A stretch of DNA of 45,614 nucleotides from a virus (lineage: Duplodnaviria; Caudoviricetes). Position 1 is the first letter of the stretch. Each line of letters begins with the position of its first letter. This document shows, piece by piece, positions 1 to 8,069 of the stretch. The notes beneath the pieces were generated by a model. That model was not told the DNA's origin. It did not search any database and saw only the letters and a program-made list of their open reading frames with translations. The stretch covers positions 1 through 45,614 of the IMG/VR virus record IMGVR_UViG_3300005137_000013. One strand, 5' to 3'. The position numbers and the translations under genes were made by a program.

Positions 1-282
1 TTATCGTTTCGATTTGTAAAATTCGTGGTACAGCTTCATGAGCGCGCGCTTCTCGATGCGGGACACGTAGGACCGGCTGATGCCGAGTTCCTTGGCGATT
101 TCCCGCTGCGTCCGCTCTTCTCCGCCCGCATCGAGGCCGAAACGGCCGATCACCACTTCTTTTTCGCGTTCATCGAGAATGTCCAGGTTGCGAAAAATTT
201 TGCTTTTCTCGATTTTCAGCTGCACTTTGTCGACGACTTCGTCGGTATCGGTTCCCAGGATATCGATTAACGTAATTTCGTT
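1..282 (-). CDS. sigK: 3' segment of split sporulation sigma factor SigK (spoIIIC-like half gene)
   Basis: Frame reads [27 protein letters not shown]...[32 protein letters not shown], the SigK region 3-4 signature. Similarity stops at the Asn codon (280-282), and an in-frame TAA lies 5 codons further upstream. Confidence 0.93.
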   Translation of the reverse strand, partial: NEITLIDILGTDTDEVVDKVQLKIEKSKIFRNLDILDEREKEVVIGRFGLDAGGEERTQREIAKELGISRSYVSRIEKRALMKLYHEFYKSKR

Positions 283-303
283 CTCATCAATACCTTATCT
301 GTA
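270..303. other. Prophage attachment junction (hybrid att site) within sigK
   Basis: SigK similarity breaks at about 283 (expected ...DKEG-NEI, observed *GIDE-NEI), about 20 bp from the recombinase stop codon. The exact crossover cannot be fixed without the other junction. Confidence 0.7.
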
Positions 304-1860
304 TTATTTGAACTTCGGCACCAGGACAAGTTCGAATTGATCTTTACGCTGCCACTTTTCTTTTTTGTAAGTGGCATGAAGGAGGACGGATTTGAGAAGG
401 GCGTTTTTCTTTGCGGGGTACTTGGATTTCCAGTACAACTTGATCACGTTTTTCAGTTTGGGTATCACATCCTTCTGCGCTTGTTCTTTATGCTGTTCCT
501 CTTTCAATTCTTGTTCCGCACGTTCAATCCGTTCCTTGGTAGAGGAGATACGCTCGGCCAGTTTCTTTGAACGATCCAAGTACGTTTCCTCATCGTATAT
601 GCCGCGCTCCAATAGATCATGCAGGCGTTCTTTTTGCGCCTCCAACTCATCCATTTCCCGTTTCAATAAATTCACCGCGTTTTGTTTCACTTCCACCATA
701 TTTGAAACTTTACGTTTCCGTTGACCGTATTCGATCACATAGGTATCCATCCATTTTTCCAACGCTTGCAACAATTTTTCCTCGACGTAAGCAATCTGCG
801 AACTTTTATTGTCGCAGAAACGGTTGTAACACATGAGATGGGGAGCCTGTTTGGTATAAGGTCGCAAAATCATCGACGCACCGCATTTCGCGCATTTGAT
901 GACGCCGGCCAATGGATTCGTGATGCCGTTCAATTGCTGATAGGGCACATGATACTTTTGTTTAAGAATTTCCTGCGCCTTTTGAAACGTTACCTCGTCA
1001 ATCAACGGTTCATGCTTTCCTTGAACATCAATCCATTCTTGCACCGGTCGGGTGCGAACGTCCTTTTTCTTTCCGGTAATTTTCGACTTTTTGACTTCTT
1101 TCTTTTTCCACTGGATACGTCCGATATAGACGGCATTTTTTATGATCGTCAGCACCGAAGAAGAAGTCCACTTTTTTCCGGTGTAAGATGTATATCCCAA
1201 CTCGTTCAGTTTGATTGCAATTTTGTTGCTGCCCATACGCTTTTCGGGATCGTCATGGGTGTATAGTTCAAAAATCAACTTCACGACCGGCGCTTGTTCG
1301 GGGTGGGGAACCAGATAGCGGTTCCGCCCATCCTTGATGACTTGATAACCGTAAGGAGGGCGGGTGGCGATGTAGTTTCCGGCTTCAACGGACAAAACCC
1401 GCCCACGTTGCAGCCGGCGGGTGATGATTTTCAATTCTTTGCGCGCCATGAAGGCCTCAAATTCACTGTATTCCTCGTCAAATTCATTGTTGAGATCGTA
1501 TATTTTACGAGGAGTGATAATGAGAATATTCAGCCTTTGGAACGTGCCCAAAATCAATCCTTGTTCCTGCATATCGCCGCGACCAAGGCGGTCGATGTCC
1601 ATCACAAGAATGCCTTTGGGACGACGTTCTTCCATCAGGTCGAGCATACGCAGCATTTCCGGGCGGTGATAAATACTCTCCCCGGACGCGATTTCTCGGA
1701 ACGGTTCTTCCGTAATTAGGATGCCTAAGTCTTTGGCGAGTTTATAAAGCATCCGTTCGTGTTTCTTCAATGTTTCGCCTTCGCCACGCGCTTCTGCTTC
1801 AAGGTCTGCACGGCTCTTTCTCAAATACATCCAGTATTCGCCGGAAGGTAGATTTTGCAT
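304..1860 (-). CDS. Large serine recombinase (SpoIVCA-like integrase/excisase)
   Basis: YLRKS catalytic motif, DRLGR, PYGY recombinase domain, CAKCG zinc ribbon and coiled coil; 518 aa; AGGAGG RBS. Confidence 0.95.
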   Translation of the reverse strand: MQNLPSGEYWMYLRKSRADLEAEARGEGETLKKHERMLYKLAKDLGILITEEPFREIASGESIYHRPEMLRMLDLMEERRPKGILVMDIDRLGRGDMQEQGLILGTFQRLNILIITPRKIYDLNNEFDEEYSEFEAFMARKELKIITRRLQRGRVLSVEAGNYIATRPPYGYQVIKDGRNRYLVPHPEQAPVVKLIFELYTHDDPEKRMGSNKIAIKLNELGYTSYTGKKWTSSSVLTIIKNAVYIGRIQWKKKEVKKSKITGKKKDVRTRPVQEWIDVQGKHEPLIDEVTFQKAQEILKQKYHVPYQQLNGITNPLAGVIKCAKCGASMILRPYTKQAPHLMCYNRFCDNKSSQIAYVEEKLLQALEKWMDTYVIEYGQRKRKVSNMVEVKQNAVNLLKREMDELEAQKERLHDLLERGIYDEETYLDRSKKLAERISSTKERIERAEQELKEEQHKEQAQKDVIPKLKNVIKLYWKSKYPAKKNALLKSVLLHATYKKEKWQRKDQFELVLVPKFK

Positions 1861-1868
1861 GGTGCCTC

Positions 1869-2180
1869 CTATAACTGTTTCACGGTAATGATGCTGATTC
1901 CCAATTGCTCCAATTCATCTATAAAGTCTTCGATCTTCAAAGAGTCGCGAAACAGGCGATCATACGATGTTAAAACCAAGGTGTCGAACTTTCCTTTGCG
2001 AGCATCATCGAGCAACAAACTTAACCCATCGCGCAACAATTGGTGGGCAGAAGTGCCGGGATCGTCATAAATCCCGACGACTTCACCGCCTTTCTCTAAG
2101 ATATATTCTCGGCACAATTCAATTTGCTCCTTTGTGCTTGAATCGTGATGTGCGGTGCGTGCGTAGATGGCGGCTTTCAC
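1869..2180 (-). CDS. Stand-alone serine recombinase catalytic-domain protein, nucleophile Ser replaced by Ala
   Basis: AAIYARTA (vs consensus YARVS), D-x-G-x-S, R-x-GL, DRLFRD, LEQLGISI; 103 aa with no helix E or DNA-binding domain; AGGAGG RBS. Confidence 0.85.
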   Translation of the reverse strand: MKAAIYARTAHHDSSTKEQIELCREYILEKGGEVVGIYDDPGTSAHQLLRDGLSLLLDDARKGKFDTLVLTSYDRLFRDSLKIEDFIDELEQLGISIITVKQL

Positions 2181-2668
2181 ATCATTTCCCCTCCTGTAAT
2201 GGTATCTATGAAGTATGTTTCGTTGGCATTTCCGGTAGACACAATTATTTTATTCGTTCCGTTCAAATTAAACCCATCTAGTTCGACTACAAAACGCTTA
2301 GTAATATAAATTCTGCCATAAAAATTGGCGCGACTGTATGTTGTTCCGTGTCCATTAAAAATAACTTTATCATTCAATATCACTATCAAAGGATCGGCAC
2401 TATTTGTATATCCTCCATATAAGAACATTTCAATTTCTGATTTCTGATAAGGAGATATGTCGATCCTTAATCTTGGATTGTCATCTAAATAAAATTCATC
2501 TGTATAGTAGTTATTACCTTTCAATTTTATAGCTAAGTTCACGTCATAGAAAAATGTGTGAGGGTCACCAAACCTCTTTTCAAAATAGTACCTAATGTTG
2601 CTCGGAACACCAAGAAAAAAAAGGATAAATACAACTACCAATAAACCGATGATAATCTTGGCTTTCAT
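2177..2668 (-). CDS. Membrane-anchored extracytoplasmic protein, low GC (possible superinfection exclusion/immunity-region protein)
   Basis: N-terminal hydrophobic helix IIIGLLVVVFILFFLGV; AT-rich; between integrase and repressor; stop overlaps the next start (ATGTGA). Confidence 0.6.
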   Translation of the reverse strand: MKAKIIIGLLVVVFILFFLGVPSNIRYYFEKRFGDPHTFFYDVNLAIKLKGNNYYTDEFYLDDNPRLRIDISPYQKSEIEMFLYGGYTNSADPLIVILNDKVIFNGHGTTYSRANFYGRIYITKRFVVELDGFNLNGTNKIIVSTGNANETYFIDTITGGEMM

Positions 2669-2838
2669 TTTGACACCTAAATATTCCCGATCGGCTCGGG
2701 GACTTGCTAACATAGGAAGAACGGATTATAACCAAAAAGCACTATTGCCTTGGAAGTGCTTACATGGTAATATTTTCTTCACATATCGTCACAATTCGGC
2801 AAAAATTCAAAAAGTATATTTTATTGTCTTTATTTTCC

Positions 2839-2867
2839 TTGATTATACGAACATATGTTTGTATAAT
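2839..2867 (+). promoter_or_regulatory. SigA promoter with LexA (DinR/SOS) box in the spacer
   Basis: TTGATT(2839-44)-17 bp-TATAAT(2862-67); CGAACATATGTTTG at 2848-2861 matches the Firmicute SOS box GAAC-N4-GTTY. Confidence 0.8.
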
Positions 2868-2928
2868 GAAGGAACAGTCCGTCGTCCAGGTCGAATAAAT
2901 ACAATCCTGCATAATGGGCGGTGTGAGC

Positions 2929-3126
2929 ATGGAAAAATTCGATGTGAAAATGTTTCTGCAAGCCATGGATTCTGTCGATCTCCCCGAAGAAGATCGACAG
3001 AAATTGAAGCGTTTTATTTCGAGGCTCGACGAAAGGAAAAAATCCCTCGAACAATCGCCAAAAATTCTTTCTTCTCTTCATCCGTTAGTTTCATACCGTC
3101 ATAATACATATCCACTTGATTCATGA
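2929..3126 (+). CDS. Small SOS-inducible protein, convergent on and overlapping the repressor gene (candidate antirepressor)
   Basis: 65 aa MEKFDVKMFLQAMD..., GGCGGTG RBS, directly downstream of the LexA-boxed promoter; overlaps the repressor 3' end by 113 nt. Confidence 0.55.
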   Translation: MEKFDVKMFLQAMDSVDLPEEDRQKLKRFISRLDERKKSLEQSPKILSSLHPLVSYRHNTYPLDS

Positions 3127-3391
3127 TTTCGTCGTCTGTTAAGTCTAGTTTATCGTATATGAATCGTTCCTCTTTACTGAACTGCATTTTTGGATTGTCC
3201 GTCCTTCCCACAAGGTAATCGATGGATACTCCATAATGGTCTGCAATTCTGTTAAGTAAACCTATATCTGGTTCGCGTTTACCGGATTCATAATTTGAAT
3301 ATGTACTTCTTGGTATTTGAAGTAATTTTGCAGTCTCCTCTTGTGTTTTACCACTTTTCATCCTCAGTTGCTGCAATCTTTTGCTTAACAC
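3014..3391 (-). CDS. Xre-family prophage repressor (ImmR-like, no peptidase domain)
   Basis: HTH TQEETAKLLQIPRSTYSNYESGKREP...VSIDYLVGRTD; start is one of five tandem GTG codons (3391-3403). Confidence 0.9.
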   Translation of the reverse strand: MLSKRLQQLRMKSGKTQEETAKLLQIPRSTYSNYESGKREPDIGLLNRIADHYGVSIDYLVGRTDNPKMQFSKEERFIYDKLDLTDDEIMNQVDMYYDGMKLTDEEKKEFLAIVRGIFSFRRASK

Positions 3392-3434
3392 CACCACCAC
3401 CACCCAATCAGCAATCCATCATCTCATTATATAG

Positions 3435-3539
3435 CTTCAATATGAAACCAAAAATTATTTTCCCCAAAAAGAAGCAAATTGTATTGACAGCTTCAAAATG
3501 AAGAGTTATTATAAAGATGCAAATTGCTTCATTATGAAG
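3435..3539. promoter_or_regulatory. Lysis/lysogeny switch: three palindromic operators and rightward early promoter
   Basis: CTTCA-N3-TGAA(G/A) at 3435-47, 3491-3503 and 3527-39; TTGACA(3484-89)-17-TATTAT(3507-12) with one operator in the spacer. Confidence 0.8.
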
Positions 3540-3554
3540 AAAAGGGGTGAGTAA

Positions 3555-3785
3555 ATGAAACCGAGAACTTGGCTTATTGAAATCCGGGAGTCAAAAGGTC
3601 TTACGCAACATCAGGTAGCGCTTCTTGCCGGAATTAGTAGAAGTGCATATTCCAACATCGAACGAGGAAAGGGTCTGAGCGTATCACTAGCTAAGAAAGT
3701 CGCTAAGGCTCTCGGATTTAATTGGCATATTTTTTTTGATGAAAAATGCGCCGAAATGAAGCAAAAGAAACCAAAATCAGCATGA
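3555..3785 (+). CDS. Cro-like Xre HTH regulator
   Basis: LTQHQVALLAGISRSAYSNIERG; divergent from the repressor. Confidence 0.9.
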   Translation: MKPRTWLIEIRESKGLTQHQVALLAGISRSAYSNIERGKGLSVSLAKKVAKALGFNWHIFFDEKCAEMKQKKPKSA

Positions 3786-3799
3786 AAGGAGTGTTTAAC

Positions 3800-4573
3800 G
3801 TGAACAAACTCCAAACTTTCCATCACCCTCAATTCGGAAAAGTGGAACTGGTTGTGATCGATGGTAAGGAATGGTTTGGCGCAACACAAGCAGCGCTCGC
3901 CCTTGGTTATGCGAATCCCCACGATGCCATATCAAAACACTGTCGGCAAGAGGGGGTCGCGTTTCGCGAGGTCCTTACCAACGGCGGCGTACAGCAAATG
4001 AAATTCATTGACGAAGGAAATCTATACCGATTGATCGTCAAATCCAGACTTCCCGAAGCAGAAAAATTCGAACGTTATGTATTTGAAGAAATCCTTCCGA
4101 CGATCCGCAAACACGGCGCGTACATGACGCCGGAAGTCATCGAAAAGACTTTAACCGATCCTGACTTCATCATCAATCTTGCCACACGACTGAAAGAAGC
4201 GAACGAAGAAAAGGCGCGTCTTCAAGCGAAGATTGAAGCCGACAAACCCAAAGTATTGTTCGCGGAATCGTTGCAAATCTCCAAAGACTCTATTCTTGTG
4301 GCCGACCTTGCCAAACTCCTGCGACAAAACGGCATCCAAGTTGGTGAAATGCGCCTGTTCCGTTGGCTTCGCGAAAACGGATATTTGATCAAATCCGGCT
4401 CCGAATACAACATGCCCACACAGCGTTCCATGGAACTCGGAATTATGGAAATCAAAGTCGGTTATCGTGCCGGAGCAGACGGAACCACAAAAATCACGCG
4501 CACGCCCAAGATCACCGGTAAAGGCCAAATCTATTTCATCAATAAATTCCTGAACAAGGGCGTGAGTGCGTGA
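3800..4573 (+). CDS. Phage antirepressor (Bro-N + KilA-C/ANT)
   Basis: FHHPQFGKV...EGNLYRLIVKSRLPEAEKFE...LPTIRKHGAY; KPKVLFAES...TPKITGKGQIYFINKF. Confidence 0.92.
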   Translation: MNKLQTFHHPQFGKVELVVIDGKEWFGATQAALALGYANPHDAISKHCRQEGVAFREVLTNGGVQQMKFIDEGNLYRLIVKSRLPEAEKFERYVFEEILPTIRKHGAYMTPEVIEKTLTDPDFIINLATRLKEANEEKARLQAKIEADKPKVLFAESLQISKDSILVADLAKLLRQNGIQVGEMRLFRWLRENGYLIKSGSEYNMPTQRSMELGIMEIKVGYRAGADGTTKITRTPKITGKGQIYFINKFLNKGVSA

Positions 4574-4740
4574 ATCTTATACACTTTCCCGGTAGTAAGC
4601 CAACAAACGAACATGAACTTCGGGCCGCGATTCTCGAACATTGCAATGACATTTATCAAGGGGCGACACACCCCGAAAGAGGTACGGATTTCATCATGGA
4701 ATTAGTTAGAGACTACATCCAACGCGAGAAAGGGACCTGA
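4570..4740 (+). CDS. Hypothetical protein, 56 aa (not in ORF track)
   Basis: GTG start overlapping the upstream stop; MNLIHFPGSKPTNEHELRAAILEHC... Confidence 0.55.
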   Translation: MNLIHFPGSKPTNEHELRAAILEHCNDIYQGATHPERGTDFIMELVRDYIQREKGT

Positions 4741-4856
4741 ACCATCACCAACAAGAGACCCAGCAAAACAAAGCACAACAAATCAAAAAAGGAGCCTAGC
4801 CTATGAGTGTCGTCCACCAACCTCTACGGCATACACATAAGCCGAGGGGTGAGGAT

Positions 4857-5018
4857 ATGTATGCTGCGGTGTATCAGCTAGGTAACGCCACGATCATGAT
4901 CGACGACAGCTACATTCGCACTCGCGATCCCGAAAAAATTGAACTCGACAATGAACAAGTCGTTGAAGCCGCTTGGGCCATCATAGACGAACTGATTGAA
5001 GCCGGGGAGGAAGTGTAA
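4857..5018 (+). CDS. Hypothetical acidic protein
   Basis: GAGGGGTGAGG RBS; MYAAVYQLGNATIMIDDS...; followed by a hairpin. Confidence 0.6.
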   Translation: MYAAVYQLGNATIMIDDSYIRTRDPEKIELDNEQVVEAAWAIIDELIEAGEEV

Positions 5019-5069
5019 TCCTCTCCCTGCTAGACAAGCCTCATTATATCACAAAAGGAAGTGCATGAA

Positions 5070-5204
5070 ATGACCAACAAACAATGGACTGAAACCGGCA
5101 TCGCAACGTTTCTGCTCATCTTCTTCATCGCCATCAGGTACGTGGATCGCCGCAAGAAAAAGCAGAGGGAGTCGGAATACCATGGCCCTACCGAAGAAGA
5201 TTGA
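5070..5204 (+). CDS. Small single-pass membrane peptide, 44 aa
   Basis: MTNKQWTETGIATFLLIFFIAIRYVDRRKKK...; AAAGGAAG upstream. Confidence 0.5.
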   Translation: MTNKQWTETGIATFLLIFFIAIRYVDRRKKKQRESEYHGPTEED

Positions 5205-5454
5205 ACACACCGCCGAGATCATTGCGTTTCCGATTGTCCCTTGTGCATGTGGCTGTGGAAACATCAATTTGCGGGAACACGCCTACATCTATTCCCGCGC
5301 AACTGGCGAATACTACGCCGATGAGGTTTGTTTAATTCGCGCCGTGGCTGACGATTACGATTTGGACGGTTGGGGATTGCGCGTGCTGTTCATGGATCAC
5401 TGGATGACCGAATCCCAATTCTTAGACGAAATGGAGGTTGTGAAAGTTGACTAG
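5182..5454 (+). CDS. Hypothetical Cys-rich phage protein
   Basis: AGGGAG RBS; CACGCG motif; chained overlap with neighbours. Confidence 0.6.
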   Translation: MALPKKIEHTAEIIAFPIVPCACGCGNINLREHAYIYSRATGEYYADEVCLIRAVADDYDLDGWGLRVLFMDHWMTESQFLDEMEVVKVD

Positions 5455-5683
5455 CGAGATTTTCATTATCCGCAAAGCGTTGGACGAGTTACACGAAATC
5501 CAGCGTAGCAAAGATTGGTACTTATCCGACTTGGAAATCTGGCTCAAAACCTATCCCAAATTGATCGAAAACGCCTTGGGAGACTTGGAAATGCGTCTAC
5601 ACAAACTCATGCACGACCCACACGCACAACCGGAGTTGAACACGGAACATGAACAGGCGATTGAACGAGGAGAAGTGGCGTGA
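5447..5683 (+). CDS. Hypothetical phage protein
   Basis: GGAGG RBS, TTG start, coupled to neighbours. Confidence 0.6.
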   Translation: MTSEIFIIRKALDELHEIQRSKDWYLSDLEIWLKTYPKLIENALGDLEMRLHKLMHDPHAQPELNTEHEQAIERGEVA

Positions 5684-5928
5684 AGCGAATTTCCTACGAA
5701 GAATCCGTCAGACTGACGCAGGAAATTCTCAGACAGCCACTTGGAAACTGGACGCACATGATCGACGGAAAGCCTGTCAGAGTTGTTGAACGCTGCATCG
5801 TAGGACGGCATGAATACGAGATCGTCTTTTTCCGCGCAGACGATTACTGCGGGCGTTGGATAGCGGAGCAGTTCGACAAGCGCGCGAAGCCGTATGTGCC
5901 GGAGCCGGAGCAAATGACGTTATGGTGA
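5680..5928 (+). CDS. Hypothetical phage protein
   Basis: GAGGAG RBS; ends EQMTLW, resembling a QLxLF-type clamp-binding tail. Confidence 0.6.
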   Translation: MKRISYEESVRLTQEILRQPLGNWTHMIDGKPVRVVERCIVGRHEYEIVFFRADDYCGRWIAEQFDKRAKPYVPEPEQMTLW

Positions 5929-6874
5929 GGGAGGGAAAAGGGATGGCAACGGTCAACGTCCTTTCCATCAGCGGGGGTAAAGACAGTACAGCTATGTGGC
6001 TGTACGCGTTGGAAACAAAACCGGAAGGTGATATTCTACCGGTTTTCGCAGACACAGGCCACGAACATCCGTTGACCTACGAATACCTGGACTATCTCGA
6101 ATCCAAGCTGGGGCCGATCCGGCGTATTAAAACAGACTTCTCGGAAGAAATCGCAAGAAAACGCGAATATGTACAAACGCATTGGCGCGAAGAAGGCGTA
6201 TCGGAAGAAATAATTCAACAAGCACTCGAAGTTTTGCAACCGACCGGGATTCCGTTTCTTGACTTGTGCTTATGGAAAGGGCGCTTCCCTTCAACGAAAG
6301 CACGTTTCTGCACTCAGTTTCTGAAAAGGGAGCCGGTATTCAACCAAATCTATTTGCCGCTGATGGATGAAGGAAAGCAGGTGGTTAGCTGGCAAGGCGT
6401 GAGAGCGCAGGAGAGTGCGGCCAGAGCAAAACTTCCGGAACGAGAAGAAACGCCAGAAGGATTCGAGATATACAGGCCGTTACTCAAATGGACAGTCGAA
6501 GATGTGTTCAACATCCACAAACGGCACGGAATTGAGCCGAATCCGTTGTATTTGCAAGGCATGTCCCGCGTTGGATGTATGCCCTGCATCAACTGCCAGA
6601 AATCCGAACTCTATGAGATCGCCAGAAGGTATCCGGAGGAAATTGAGCGCGTGGCGAAATGGGAAAAGATCGTCAGCAAGGCATCAAAACGAGCATCGGC
6701 AACATTTTTCTGTTCAACGAATGACTGGGGAGAAAACATTTACGAGGCCGTCGAGTGGTCGAAAACCGGATATGGGGGAAAGCAGTACGATCTTTTCAAA
6801 GTTGCTGGATTTGAGGATGTACCGGTATGTTCAAGCGTTTATGGACTGTGTGAATGAGGGAGGGAAAAGGGATG
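5926..6874 (+). repeat. Perfect 20-bp direct repeat flanking the PAPS-reductase gene
   Basis: TGAGGGAGGGAAAAGGGATG at 5926-5945 and 6855-6874. Confidence 0.9.
5943..6857 (+). CDS. Phosphoadenosine phosphosulfate (PAPS) reductase family protein
   Basis: SISGGKDS PP-loop, FADTGHE, RFCTQFLK, QGVRAQESAAR, PNPLY..GMSRVGCMPC. Confidence 0.9.
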   Translation: MATVNVLSISGGKDSTAMWLYALETKPEGDILPVFADTGHEHPLTYEYLDYLESKLGPIRRIKTDFSEEIARKREYVQTHWREEGVSEEIIQQALEVLQPTGIPFLDLCLWKGRFPSTKARFCTQFLKREPVFNQIYLPLMDEGKQVVSWQGVRAQESAARAKLPEREETPEGFEIYRPLLKWTVEDVFNIHKRHGIEPNPLYLQGMSRVGCMPCINCQKSELYEIARRYPEEIERVAKWEKIVSKASKRASATFFCSTNDWGENIYEAVEWSKTGYGGKQYDLFKVAGFEDVPVCSSVYGLCE

Positions 6875-7057
6875 AAGATTGTCCTGCTATGCTGGACATG
6901 CGGAAAAGAATATTCCGATGTACCGCTAAATGGTCCCTACAAATGCGAATGTGGCGGTTATGTGGTAAGTCCGAGCGGAAGGGTGCAGGGAAAATGGATC
7001 GCGGACGAGCGAACCGCATACGGTCAGGATTGTCCGGGCGGGCGCTGTGAATTTTAA
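6872..7057 (+). CDS. Small Zn-ribbon protein with C-terminal YGxDCPGGRC tail
   Basis: CWTC...CECGG; strong RBS. Confidence 0.7.
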   Translation: MKIVLLCWTCGKEYSDVPLNGPYKCECGGYVVSPSGRVQGKWIADERTAYGQDCPGGRCEF

Positions 7058-7073
7058 TCAGGAGGGAACGAAC

Positions 7074-7580
7074 GTGAATTTCGAAACGCTGTACGAAATG
7101 CAGAAGACGCTGGACGCGCGGATTATCCGCGAGAAGGGGCTGGAAGGGCAGGACTTGCTTCCGAACACAGTGCTGGCCCTGCAAGTCGAGATCGGGGAAC
7201 TTGCCAACGAATGGCGCGGCTTCAAACATTGGTCGAATGATCGGGAGCCTCGCAGGGAGCGGATGCTGGAGGAATACGTTGACTGTCTGCACTTTTTCTT
7301 GAGCATCGCCCGGCAATTGGACGTGCCTGTTGAAAAGCTCGAACATACGGATTCATCGGTTATCGAAAGAGGAACCATTGCTGGTTTTTCTGGACTGATG
7401 TCATCCGTCGGCATGATAAGAGTCTATGAACCAGCTTACTACCATGCGTGGAACGAATTTATTACGTTAGGGAAACGTCTGGGCTTTTCGTGGGATGAGG
7501 TTTCCGCCGCATACGTGGCGAAAAACCGCGTATCCACCGTCTACGGCAATGACTGCCCCGGCGGGAGGTGTAAGTATTAA
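7074..7580 (+). CDS. Dimeric all-alpha dUTPase
   Basis: LALQVEIGELANEWRGFKHWS, LEEYVDCLHFFLS, AYVAKN. Confidence 0.9.
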   Translation: MNFETLYEMQKTLDARIIREKGLEGQDLLPNTVLALQVEIGELANEWRGFKHWSNDREPRRERMLEEYVDCLHFFLSIARQLDVPVEKLEHTDSSVIERGTIAGFSGLMSSVGMIRVYEPAYYHAWNEFITLGKRLGFSWDEVSAAYVAKNRVSTVYGNDCPGGRCKY

Positions 7581-7582
7581 CC

Positions 7583-7798
7583 GTGATATTCGAATTCGAA
7601 CGTCATAGCGAGATTTGGTGCATGAAGTGTGAAGAAGTGAAACGTGGAGTTTCGATTTCGGCAGAAGACGAGATTGAACATGTCGCCTTTAGCTTATGCG
7701 AACATCACGCAAGAATTCTTTCCGAAGCGTTTCAAAGGTTTCTGCGGAGATTGCCAACGGAAAATGTGAAAGGAGCGAACAAAAGTGAGCAAATTTGA
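7583..7798 (+). CDS. Hypothetical Zn-binding protein
   Basis: CMKC...LCEHH; GGGAGG RBS. Confidence 0.55.
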   Translation: MIFEFERHSEIWCMKCEEVKRGVSISAEDEIEHVAFSLCEHHARILSEAFQRFLRRLPTENVKGANKSEQI

Positions 7799-8069
7799 CT
7801 TCATGTTTTTCCACGACGGTTGTTATGTGACCGACATCGTTGCGCCGAAATCGAAGTACACGAAAGAGGAATTTTTGGAAACCGCGCAATTTGAAAGCGA
7901 TGGGTACGATTTTGCAGATGAAGTTAAACCGGAAAATATCCGCGAGAAATATGTCCGATGGTATCCTGTTCCGCCTGAAGATTGCGATTATGACGGTGAC
8001 AAAGGCTGCTACACGTTCGGTAAGCCCGGACGCGGAGCAATTCCGGTGTGGGCGATAAACGTCAGGTGA
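7785..8069 (+). CDS. Hypothetical phage protein
   Basis: AAGGAG RBS; flanked by the 14-bp direct repeat GTGAAAGGAGCGAA (7766-79, 8066-79). Confidence 0.65.
   Translation: MSKFDFMFFHDGCYVTDIVAPKSKYTKEEFLETAQFESDGYDFADEVKPENIREKYVRWYPVPPEDCDYDGDKGCYTFGKPGRGAIPVWAINVR

Noticed and set aside
1861-2240. Mother-cell (SigE/SigK) promoter for the recombinase
   Set aside because: Only partial CATA matches were found; no convincing -35/-10 pair.
3389-3404. (GTG)5 repeat at the repressor start as a phase-variation tract
   Set aside because: Trinucleotide unit keeps the frame and doubles as the RBS; no evidence of switching.
4808-4842. SigE/SigK-like promoter (CATACACAT) before ORF 4857, making it a candidate excision factor
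   Set aside because: The -10 lacks the conserved T at the expected position and the -35 spacing is off; too weak to call by eye.
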